Assembly (NCBI GenBank): GCA_051362555.1
Contig: CM120649.1
Location: 14,136,001-14,200,000, forward strand
Length of the DNA stretch: 64,000 nucleotides
Source: Lingula anatina
Taxonomy: Eukaryota; Animalia; Brachiopoda
Direction of reading: 5' to 3'
Notes under the pieces: model-generated
Told to the model about the DNA's origin: nothing
The model's input: the letters and a program-made list of their open reading frames with translations, nothing else
Databases searched by the model: none
Part shown: positions 1 to 11,072 of the stretch, one piece after another
Layout of the letters: the number at the start of each line of letters is the position of its first letter
Numbering within the stretch: the first letter of the stretch is position 1
Program-made: the position numbers and the translations under genes

Positions 1-188
1 AATGTGAGCTTTATACTGCACGCGGGATGCCTTCTTATTTCTGTATTTTAATTCAACTACTAATAAATTCAAATGAGCACGCAAATGTTAGCATGTTTAC
101 AGTCTTCTGTATCAAAACTGAATTTGTCACTGGTAAACTGCTTTGCACTTAAATTAAAATATGCTTTGTTTAAATTCAGATGCAGGTA
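1..188 (+). repeat. Dispersed duplicate of 8132-8371 (sequence downstream of S8 gene copy 1)
   Basis: 1-170 is near-identical to 8132-8302. After a deletion of about 55 bp it resumes with aaattcagatgcaggta, matching about 8355-8371. Confidence 0.9.
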
Positions 189-480
189 TCAGAGAGTAAA
201 ATGTGGTCAGTGTAAATCTGACTGGGTCCAGCTTAACGGAGGGGTACCTCAGGGGACAAAGTTAGGTCCAATCCTGTTTATAGCAATGATAAATGATCTA
301 AAAACCTGCTGCCCAGATATAAAATTTGTTGATGACACATCTATTTATGAAATTTGTCAGTTTGGCCAAAAGTCACTACTTCCACAGGCAATAGAGCAAC
401 TTGAAAATTGGGTTAGAAAAAACAATATGAAATTAAATGTAAAGAAGACAAAATGTATGGATTTTAATTTTACCAAGTAA
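186..480 (+). mobile_element. Non-LTR retrotransposon (CR1/L2-like) reverse transcriptase fragment
   Basis: Translation reads RYQRVK...GVPQGTKLGPILF...INDL...KFVDD...NNMKLNVKKTKCM, which contains the LINE RT motifs GVPQG and (Y/F)xDD. It is truncated at both ends. Confidence 0.85.
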
Positions 481-3400
481 TCTCACCTAGTAATCTCACC
501 TCTCTGAGGGAGAGAAGAGACGTTTTACTTAAGAACTTTTTTACAAAAATCAAGAATTTTAATAAGCTACACCATCGGCCAAACTATCGGCCAAACTATC
601 GGCTTTTTGTTTATTTTATCTGGCTGACCGGTGATGAATTCAGTGGCGTATTGGGGGGGGGGGGGGGGGGGGGGAGGGGGGCACATTGCTCCAATGATGT
701 TTTTGATATAAAACAATATAAGTAAATGTCACAAAGCTCTTAAAAGAGTGACAATTGACCTTGTCTCAGTGATAAATGTGCTGATGTAAAAACAATATTT
801 TTAATTTAGAACATTTTATTTTTTCTACAAAAGAAATACATTGCTCACTGGTGAGAGAATCATGAAACTAAGGGCAAATCTAGACTGCACTTCAATTTCT
901 CTTTTTAACGTCTTTGTATTTTACAAGTCCGTAAGCTGTTGTTTACTAGTAACAGTTACTCGTTACGATTAAAAAAATGACTTTGTTGTTTAGTAACAAT
1001 TAATTAATACGATTATAAAATGACCTGGCGTTATATAGTTTAAGTGCATAAACGACTTCACTTAACCATTTATCAATTAGGAGGGAAGATAAATCAACTG
1101 AATAATTTTTTTTTCTGAAGAAGGACATATTTGATATTTGTTGAAATGAAATGTAATTGTGTCATTGTCGTAGCTGAGACATTCTGATGATTTCTTGACA
1201 TTATTTTTGTTGTGACCATATGTCCTCTTGAGAGTTTCTCACAATATGATTGTATTAATTGTACAACATTTCTTTATTCGAAATTTCACTGCTTGTATCA
1301 GTAAAGGCCTTGGTCGGTACCCTCAAAATCAATAAACTCGCCTGTGTAATCTGGTTGTATGGTTCTAAAACAGGTATGTAAATGTTACCTAAAATATGCG
1401 CATGACTGACGTGACCCGGAAAGGAAAAAAGACCTAGTTCCCTGTCTGCGCATGCGTTAATGGAGGCAACGCTAAAGCCTCATTAGGATAAAATACAATC
1501 CGAGTAAAAGCGACCTGAAATGTTATGTCAAACTAAGGATGCATACTCAATGATGTAGACTTTTATCCGCATTTTATGTGTTTTAACACGCGAAAGCGTC
1601 ATTTCCAGTGTTGATCAGTGGTTTGGAACCTTTGCAAGCATAAAAGTGCTGCGAGATATTCCGAGATTTGCAATTTGGAATTACAATCTGTCATTGCTTA
1701 AGACTCACAAAGCGGTATTTGTTACCCATGGGTATGAATAGAGAGAACTGCTACATTGACGACGTCAGGTTTGAGTTTATTAACATTTATATTCCAGTGT
1801 TTCACTTTCATACAAATACAAGGGAATTTAAACTCTATTTCTCTGAATTGACCACGCGTTTACTTATTTTCTAATCTACTTTGTCATTTACATATTCAAC
1901 ATTTCCTTATAAGTAATCTCTTTTCGTCTCCTAAATCTAAAGGCCTTTATTAAAATATCATTTCCATTGCGTCATATTTGGAACATTCAAAAAGGACACC
2001 TTGCAGCTTTAATCCACGACAGAACAGTTCTTTTTTGATTGTAAAATTAACCAATTGACAAAACCCTCGTGTGGGTCGCCTTTTTCCGGTCGCCATTTTC
2101 CACTTTTGCCTAGTGCAAAAATATGTTTCGCACTAGATGACACTAAACAAAATCATACTTGCACTTATATACTCTCTACGCTTCCTATCAGTTCGATGGA
2201 CTTAATTTTTAATGTGCACTTACAGAAATTGTAACCATTTGAACATACGCTCGTTCTCAAACAGTATATTATTACACAACTGATAAAGTGGAATTTTCCT
2301 AGAGCATACATTTTATAACTCAAAACTCATTTCCTTTCTTTTTTTTAGCTTTGGTAGGATCTAGTTTCCGGATAGTTCATAAACCAAAGAATATGGGCAA
2401 GTGATTTTAATCACTTAAAAGTGCCTTCTTTCTTTTAAAACTCAAAATGCATTTTTGGCTTAATTGCTTCTGCTATTTGTCAACCAAATGTGAAAGTGAC
2501 ATATGCATACGCATGTCCCCAAGAGCCTCTGTTAAAACTCGCATATCAAAGGATACTCTGTCATAGCCAGACCTTGACAACAAGGTGTATTTATACGCAG
2601 CTAGGGCGTAAATTCCTGCAGGACATAATTTCTTTTTACACCGGCATTTTTTTGGTGTATATTTAAGTATATTCACATTCTTTTTGTTGTTTTTTTGTAC
2701 GCGTTAGCATTCAGCAGATTGTTTTTAAATATGAATATTTCCAATAGCCTCGCACGGACACACCTTGGAGACACGCCATGGATTGATTTTCCAAGAAAGT
2801 CATTTTAAATGTATGTGCACATTTCGTAACGTTTGCACCTGGTGGTTCAGGTGATAATGCAATGATGTAATAAGTGGTGTAATGGTGGATGAAAGTAAAT
2901 CAGTGCAATAGAAGTTACAAAGCTATAACTTGAATCCTCATTTGTCATATTTACTTATAAAATGCGGGCAGTCAAGTGAATGCGACTGATGCAATGAGCG
3001 GTTCAATGGTGGATTAAAGTAAATCATGCAGTGCAATAGCAGTTGCATAAATTAAATTCTCATTTGTCATATTTACTTAAGTTCTTCGTGTTTGTTTCTG
3101 CAGCCTTTTTTTCCATTTTCGAAAGATACGCAAAGAAACAGGCTGTGAGTCACAGTGAATGGCTTTTTAGTGCAAGATACAAATCAATACACCAACTCTG
3201 CTCAAGTTTGGGAAGTTTGTCTTCTGTTGTTTGGCTACCTGACACAGGTCTTGGCTACATGTTCATTCTGTGTGTGACGCTCTATGTTCTTAGCTGTCTA
3301 ACTTCCTGTTTTTGCGACTTTCCATAATTGGGCTGTACAAGTATATGTGGAAGCCTCGTATGTATGCATTCTCGGGAATATTTTAATTGGTTTCCCTTTT

Positions 3401-4214
3401 CCCCTAGCTACCATGATAACGGATATTATAAAACAGTTAAGAACCAAACCAAGATAAGAGTTCTTACACAGACATATACAAACACGCACAGCACGCACAC
3501 AATCACATACACAAACACACATCTACACACTAAATACACTTAAGTTGAAAACTAATTATGGATTCTATAAAAGAACACGTAAATGAGATTAATAGCAGTC
3601 TTCTATCAGCACCATAGCAGAATGTAGTAAGAAATAATGGAGTTGCTAATGTTTTCGATAGAAAGTCACATTACTTACCCGATCTACCACAGTATTATCC
3701 TGAGTAAATACCAGCTATTTTTGAAATCTAATTTTTCAAGTAAGAACCAAATTCGTTATCAATTGGAAAAGTTCAAATTAATTTGCGTTGTGTAACACAT
3801 GTTTCACAGAGTATACTTAAAACCCACAAGAACTTCCTTGCCTCAGCGAGTGGATTTTATATACCGGTCCGTGCACAACACTTTTATGACAATCATCAAC
3901 AAAATTATTTCCAAGTTTTTGTTTTAATTCTCCCTGTTGTATTGAACTAAGATAAAAATGTAACTAAAATATACTATACTGCATGTAGATCATACGATTT
4001 GAAAGGGAGTAATCTCAATGCACCAGAAGAAGGCCTTGTGATAAGGTTAGACCTTTGATGAGGATCAATTATTATTATTATAATTATAATTATTATTGGG
4101 GATGTACTTGATTGATTTTACTTTGATACCAAAATCTTCTTTGCCTATTAATATATTAAACACTGTTAACAGCTGTAACAGAAACTTTCGTGTTTAAGGC
4201 CCTGCCTTGCACTA

Positions 4215-4290
4215 TTAAATGGACTGAAACCAGACGTTTCGTCCTGTTTAATTTAACAAGGTGACATTTGAGAAATGTATTTAAGTCACA
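4215..4290 (+). promoter_or_regulatory. Conserved proximal promoter block of the S8 genes (also about 26381-26452 and 42948-43020)
   Basis: ACTGAAACCA and AACAAGGTGACATTTGA are invariant in all three copies, about 150-220 nt upstream of the ATG. A TATA-like TATTTAA/TACATAA follows, while the flanks of copy 1 have diverged. Confidence 0.55.
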
Positions 4291-4441
4291 GTTTCTACAA
4301 GCTTTGGCACTAACGGACTCGGTGGTATCTCGGGTTTGCTTTGTTAAAAAAGGTGACGAACGGTTCGTGATTTGTGAAGTACAAAACACTCTACTCAGCC
4401 GACAATTGTTAAACAACCAATTTGGTGGAAGAACCACAATC

Positions 4442-5964
4442 ATGAAATTTTTGCTTTTTGCCTCCGCGCTTTTCATGCTTCTCGCGTTAGAGCAGGTGCA
4501 TGCCAGTGAAAGTGAGGAAACACCGCCAGGACTGAAGTTGAAGAAGGAAAAAATCCCCAAGAACCGAAGACTAAAGAATATGAAAAGGGAAAATCCCGCA
4601 GAAATGAAAAAGATGATGAAGGCGAAAGGACTGATAGACATCTCCGAGAAGAAAGGTTTAGGTACGTAACGGACGTTTTATTTAAATAAAATATGAAGCG
4701 TGCGTAGATTCCCTGTAACGTTACTACTTGTTTATTAAATGACTCATAGTTCATTTGGCAAATCGATGATATTTATAACATCTGTTTATCAAAGTTATTG
4801 TTATCACTTTGCATTTCTTTTTTTTAGTGCCTCTAATTACCCCTACGGATGGTACAGCCGTTCCCAATGAATACATTGCCCGTCTTCTGCCTGGTGGCAA
4901 GTACGGAAGAAGTAGGTCCACAGCTTAAAAATTCAATTCCGTACAATTCAGATTTATTTCCGTACTAATGCACTAGTCCGCAGATCGAATATTTAACTGG
5001 CACGTCTTATTATTTAAATTGGCTTAGACCAAGGAGACATAAACTTACAATTTGGTACCAAACCTACACTGTAATTACTTAGTCAATACGAAAAGGTATA
5101 TCTGTTTAACTTGCAACAAATATTTTAGAAAACAAATAAAAATCCCCAAATAAAATTTTTAACCAACTTTCTTACCAAAATGAAAGTGAATTACTTGATA
5201 GATAACTTTTAAAACGAAATCAGAACAAATTACACTCTAGTATAAAATCAATTATAATCTGTATAAAGATGTGTCTTCTATAAGGTGCAGTAAGCCGTAC
5301 TTATTAGTCCTATGTTGTTTTCTATACCGAGAATCGGTAAAATAATATCTTATTTCGTAATTGATATATTCTACCTACCTATGTTACGCCTAGAATTTAC
5401 ATTTTCAATTATATTCCCTTTACAGTCCGCCGCATCCTGAAAGGAAGAGGTTCCCAACAAAGCGTGAAGTTCAACAGAAAAAGCAGCTTCGTCATTCTTA
5501 GGGATATAAATGATAGGTATGGTTTTTGTTAACTCATTCCTTTTCGATCGAGAGCATTGGTTAGGAACTAAGCGACCGTTTGATTTGGTATCATATTCAT
5601 TATTTGATGTTTGATTTTTTACAATATTAATGATATTTTCTTCATCTTTTTATCCAGTATGATTTTTCAAATATCATAGTTCAACTTTATTTGATACTTA
5701 CGTTTGGGAAGAAACTTAACACAAATTTATTTAAAATATGCATAATTTGTCCTGAAACCTGTTATTTAATTATTATCGTTACTGAAATACTTCATTTTTT
5801 TAGTGACCTTCAACTGCTTCGCCAACTAACTGACGATATTGAAGAAATCGAACAAGCTAAAAAAATGTCGCTAGAACTAAGTCATTGTGAGGGTTTTTTC
5901 CCGGCTGCTGAAACATGGGTAAATATCATCGCATGTGCATGTGCATGCATGAGTACGTTTTGAG

Positions 5965-5999
<35 letters not shown>

Positions 6000-6307
6000 A
6001 CTACTGCATACTGCATACAACCTCTTCTCTGAGTACAAGTGATTATTATTATAATTATAAGTAATACAACCACTGACCTCTACCATGAAAAAATTTATCT
6101 TGATATAAATTCCGTACTTATTATACAGAATTTAGACAGAATAGACTTCACTCCGGATGACGACCGTTTTGCTACTTGGGCGCTCGGTTCTGGTATAGAC
6201 GCATACGTCATGGACACTGGAATTAACCCTGATCACAGTGACTTTGGGGGAAGAGTTCTGCCAGGTAAGTGGTATTTAAATGAAATTACAGAAAAGAGAG
6301 AAGGAGA

Positions 6308-6381
<74 letters not shown>

Positions 6382-7168
6382 ACTTGGCACAAGACAAAAA
6401 TCGGAAAGAGAACGGTTCTCAGCAGAGTTCTTTGTTGTTTTTCCAGGATGGCACGGGAGTTATTTCTCCGATAGCAGAGACACACATGGTCATGGTACCC
6501 ATGTGGCCAGTACGTTAGGCGGCGCCACCTATGGAGCAGCCAAGAAGGTCACCCTCATCCCTGTCAAGGTATGCGACGGAAGAATATGTTCGTCTTCGGA
6601 CCTCCTGGCAGGACTGAACTGGATAAAAACACGAGTTCAACAAAACAAACGCCTATCAGTAATAAATATATCAATCGGTTTTCCGTATACTACGTATATA
6701 AACGACGCAGTGTACGCGGTACTGGACGCAGGCATCCCGGTGGTAGTCGCCGCTGGAAATGACGGCAAGGCCGATGCGTGTAATGTATCCCCGGCAAGCG
6801 TAAGCGGAGCCCTCACAGTTGGCGCTACCCAGATAGATGATACTTTGTATCAGTTGACTAACATCGGGCCGTGTGTCGATATTTACGCTCCAGGGACGAA
6901 AATAAGGGCCGCCAACTACGCAAACACCAACGGTTGGATAGAGAAAAGTGGGACGTCAATGGCGTCCCCTCTCGTCGCTGGTGCAGCCGCGGGAATGTTG
7001 CAGGTTCTGCGCGATGCTGGGTACATCAGCCAACCGTCTGTAAGCGTCGTTGATAAAGTCAGCTTTTACATCGTCACCATTGCAGAGAAGGGCACAGTGA
7101 AGGGACTCCCGTCTACGAACAACAACAATGTTATGCTTCAGACCAGCTGCATTGTTACCGGAGCTTAA
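4442..7168 (+). CDS. Secreted subtilisin-like serine protease (S8A, proteinase K / PCSK9-like catalytic domain), copy 1, about 455 aa
   Basis: Exons 4442-4661, 4828-4911, 5426-5516, 5804-5918, 6129-6264, 6447-7168, all GT-AG and phase-consistent. Signal peptide MKFLLFASALFMLLALEQVHA, I9-like prodomain (VPNEYI...IEEIEQ), triad motifs DTG, HGTHVA and GTSMASP, oxyanion AAGN. Confidence 0.93.
5969..6376. repeat. (GT)n at about 5969-5997 and (GT)n(GA)n at about 6313-6376, in S8 introns
   Basis: Directly visible dinucleotide runs. Confidence 0.95.
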
Positions 7169-8969
7169 AATCTCCATGAAACGGACTTTTCAGATTATAA
7201 ACATACCGGTGAACTACAACAGCCTATCAAAACTCTCAAAATAACTTCTTGGAAAGGTGCTTTGATTTTGCTTTCTTTATAAGGTCCTCTGAAAGATGCT
7301 TTGGCTTGAATATATGTTGAGTTAAATTTATTAGTTAAGGTGGGACTATAGTCAAATAGGGCTCATAATCACGTTTATATAGTTAAAATAATCAAACAGT
7401 AAGTCTTTAAAAAAATTCCCGAACCCCTTTTGCATTACTTTGTTCAAGTGTTATAGTACCATTAAAAGCATGTTTATAGTTGTTTAGGTGCCTAAGGAAA
7501 TCAGGGAAGCGTAAATATTTTTTGCCCCAAAAATCCCAATATTACGTGACAAGATAAACTTGGAGCTGTGTTTCAAGCATAATTAGATGTTTTGAAGATA
7601 CATTAAATGAATACAACAGGAAAAGAGCTAAGACTGTTATTTAGATAAAATCTCCAACCTGCAGTGCTACCTTAATTGAGAGGTTATTTTTACAGCAGCT
7701 TTCAATAGAACCTTGCCAGTGGAATTATGGATAAATCATGGATGGTAACCATTTTCACGGCACTAGCAATTCAGAAACAAACCAAATGAATTTTTGACTG
7801 CTAAGAATAAAATCAAAGTTGAGAATCAAGTGACAAAGATACTTTTGGACTTAAAGATATATTTAAGTGGACTATTGCCTAAACAATATTTCACAGCGGC
7901 ATGTAAAACTGCAGCTAATTTGTGACATTCTGCAATCTGTAAAATGCAGGTGTGTTAAAATTTTGACACCAATGTTTTACTATTAGCCTGGTGATATAAA
8001 TGTTGTAATAGCTTTTACATGTCATCTATTATACTCAAATACCAACAACTTATAATAACAGCAGCTTGTGTGCATTAATGTACTTTACAAGGACAGCTCT
8101 GGCGTAAAAGTGGTACTCAAGAGCTATAGTAAATGTGAGCTTTATACCGCACGCGGGATGCCTTCTTATTTCTGTATTTTAATTCAACTACTAATAAATT
8201 CAAATGAGCACGCAAATGTTAGCTTGTTTACAGTCTTCTGTATCAAAACTGAATTTGTCACTGGTAAACTGCTTTGCACTTAAATTAAAATATGCTTTGT
8301 TTAACACATTTCATCTCATAAAGCCTTGCAAAACATCGTTCTTCGGGATTATACAAATTCAGATGCAGGTAATTGACATGACTTTATATCACACAGCCAT
8401 AAAGCACTCCGTTTACATCGGCAAATCGCAGCTCTGGTCAGGGGGTCCTGACCCCGCTCCTTTTTCTGAAAAAATCACACCAATAGTCCCTTCTTGAAAT
8501 TAGAATTTTGACTAGCTGAATCACAGTTCTAAACCGTATCAAATGACACCGTTCGCTCTAAAATACCAAAAATTTTAGGGGCCCTTCAGCGGGCCCTGAA
8601 TCCCACCCCCGGGGGTGGGTGGGTGGGGGGGGGGGTGGTTTCGGGTTCGCATTCGCGGACCCCCACCCCCTTCAGATAATAGTGGATCCGCTACTGCAAA
8701 TTACTGTCACGCATGCGCCATATATAAGCTCTGACAATCTCGCTTCTAATGCAGGCCTGTAGCCAGCCATTTCAAAGAGGGGGTCTGAGAAATTGGACCC
8801 TTTACCATGAATCCTTAGTGAACATATGTCAAATCTCGGCCAGGGCGGACCTTCTTCCTGTAAGCCTTTACAGGCCTAAAACGCCCCCATCCCGGTATGA
8901 TCTTTGTGTAGATGGATGTTTTTTGTCTTTATGGGACACATTTGATATTTGATATGTTATGTATATCAG

Positions 8970-9951
8970 ATAAAACGACAGAAAAAGATGTCTTATAAAG
9001 AAAGACACTATTTAAAGATAAATTAACTCTAAATTTTCATTTGTAAAATAACAAACTGAATAAATACACCGTTAAATCTGGGGGTTGTCACGTGACCTCA
9101 CCGATGCGGACTCCGAGGGGATTCCCCTTGTAGGAAATACCATTCGTCATCCTGAACGTCAGGAAGGTGAGAGGAAGGTGAGTATAGAGGCTGGGAACAT
9201 CTTCTCCACTTTCTTTACATATCTCTCAGATGTTCATGTTATATAAGTTATCAGATCCGTTAAGTTTTGAACTCACACCACGAACAGGTTAAAACTCAGT
9301 AAGTATCTTTCGTAATTGTCGACGGTGGTGATCAGTATATACTGGGACCAAGGTTGCTGAAGGTCATGCGGAACTTATACTGTACAATCATTATAAAGCA
9401 AAATATATTTGTAAAAAGAGTCGTGTTTGATGTGAAGCATGTACGTGGTCTTAAAATAAGTTTTGAGTGACAACGATGTGTACGTTTTAAATACTAATGG
9501 TCATGAAATAATTTACGCGTTAAAGCTGCTCGCATAATGTAAGCGAAACGTGGAATTCCCACCGTCAGGAGAATAAAGATATGTTCGATCTCTCCTCCGC
9601 TAATAAAAAAGACCTGCGCCCGGTGATCGGTTTTAATAAAATGGTCAAGCTTTTGTCTCCAGATGATGTAATTGTTCTGTTTTATCGTCCTTAATTCAAG
9701 ACTGATAGCACAAATACCATTAGTTTCTCTTTGGAAACATTGTTTTTGTTTACGCGTGTTGTCAACGATGGGGACTTTCCCGTCGTCACCACCCTGCAGT
9801 TGTGATAATTGCGTCTCGGTAGCAAGCGAGTTATGGATGAGACTAAACGACAGAAGAAAGATGGCTTATAAAGAAAGATACAATTTAAAGATAAATTAAC
9901 ACTGAATTTTACTTTGTAAGATAACGAACTGAATAAAAATACCTTTAAATC

Positions 9952-9988
<37 letters not shown>

Positions 9989-10560
9989 GATGTCAAGTGG
10001 CCTCTGTCAGGGATTTTCCTAAGAAATACCTGATCAAGGTCAAATCAGCACCAGGAATATTAGTGGAGGCTGGGAATATTTCCTCGACTCACCGTTACAT
10101 ATCTCCAAGATGTACATATACTTCAAGTTATCTGATCCGTTCGGTTTTGAACTCACAACACTAACGGGTTAGAAATACTCAGTAAGTAGGACTATCGTTC
10201 GTAATTATCGACGGTGGTGATCAGCATATACATGCTGCACTCATACTTTATAATCGTGATAAAGGCAAAATATATGGATCTGTAAAAAGAGTAATGTTTG
10301 ATGTGAAACATGTGCCTGGCCTTAAAATAAGTTATGAGTGACGTTGATTTGTACGTTTTAAAAATAATTGGTTATAATTGACGCGTTAGAGCTGCCCGCA
10401 TTATGAAGGGGAAACATGGGATTCCCGCCGTCATTATATTAAGACCGATAGCACAAATACCATTAGTCTCTCTGTTTTTGTTTATGCGTGTTGCCATGTA
10501 ATGCATTAACAATCGGGACTTTCCTGTCGTCACCACCTCCCAGTTGTGACAGGTGTGTCT
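8970..10560 (+). repeat. Diverged tandem duplication (units about 8970-9830 and 9843-10560) upstream of the ANK-TIR gene
   Basis: Shared blocks include aaacgacagaa...ttataaagaaaga...tttaaagataaattaac (about 8973 and 9846), tcgacggtggtgatcag (about 9319 and 10208) and gatagcacaaataccattagt (about 9704 and 10447). Confidence 0.85.
9117..10524. promoter_or_regulatory. Cluster of NF-kB/Rel-type binding sites upstream of the ANK-TIR gene
   Basis: GGGGATTCCCC 9117-9127, GGAATTCCC 9552-9560, GGGACTTTCC 9771-9780, GGGATTTTCC 10010-10019, GGGATTCCC 10418-10426, GGGACTTTCC 10515-10524. A probable non-coding first exon ends at donor AG|GTAACT 10581/10582. Confidence 0.7.
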
Positions 10561-11072
10561 TGGTACATGCAGCAAGGCTAGGTAACTTTTTAATAAACTG
10601 ACTACCTTGGTGAATTAATTCAAACTGTGTGTCCTTAGTAGTTTGTGAAAATGCTTTTCCTGCTAAATATAAGTACCTACACCGTTATCATAATAACATG
10701 TAATTTAAATCCCCAAAGAGACACTTTCAATCAAATAATTCATTAAAGAAAACTGTTTATACATTTCGAAATAAATAATGTAGAATGTCTCAAAACTTAT
10801 TTATTTTGTTTGTTTGTTCGTGTAGTTATTTTTGTCCTGTTAAAAGGACAAGTGAAGAAAGCCTCCTTTGACAATTGACATTTTTGACGGGTATGATAGT
10901 GCCATTTCAAAATATGCATAACCTGACAAACTGTGTTTGGTCTTTATAATGTTACTATAGAATACAGATAATGACCGTTCCATCTCTTCTGTGCAAATCT
11001 CGTCTCAAGTAAAAAAAAGAAAAAAAAAACAAAAAAAAAAACACCGTGCTTGCCTTTGTCTGTTACAGATTC

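Noticed and set aside
4897-4903. GC-AG donor (G|GCAAGT) in S8 exon 2
   Set aside because: A canonical A|GTAGGT donor at 4911/4912 gives the right phase and is conserved in all three copies.
6129-7168. Bacterial or fungal contamination, or recent horizontal transfer of a proteinase-K-like gene
   Set aside because: Five spliceosomal introns are conserved across the paralogues and the flanks are animal-type. Ancient origin cannot be judged without a phylogeny.
8420-8800. GC-rich, poly-G-containing short repeats (also about 641-690, 9953-9987, 41840-41870) as functional G-quadruplex or ncRNA
   Set aside because: They resemble decayed short interspersed elements or homopolymers, and no boundaries or conserved structure can be supported.
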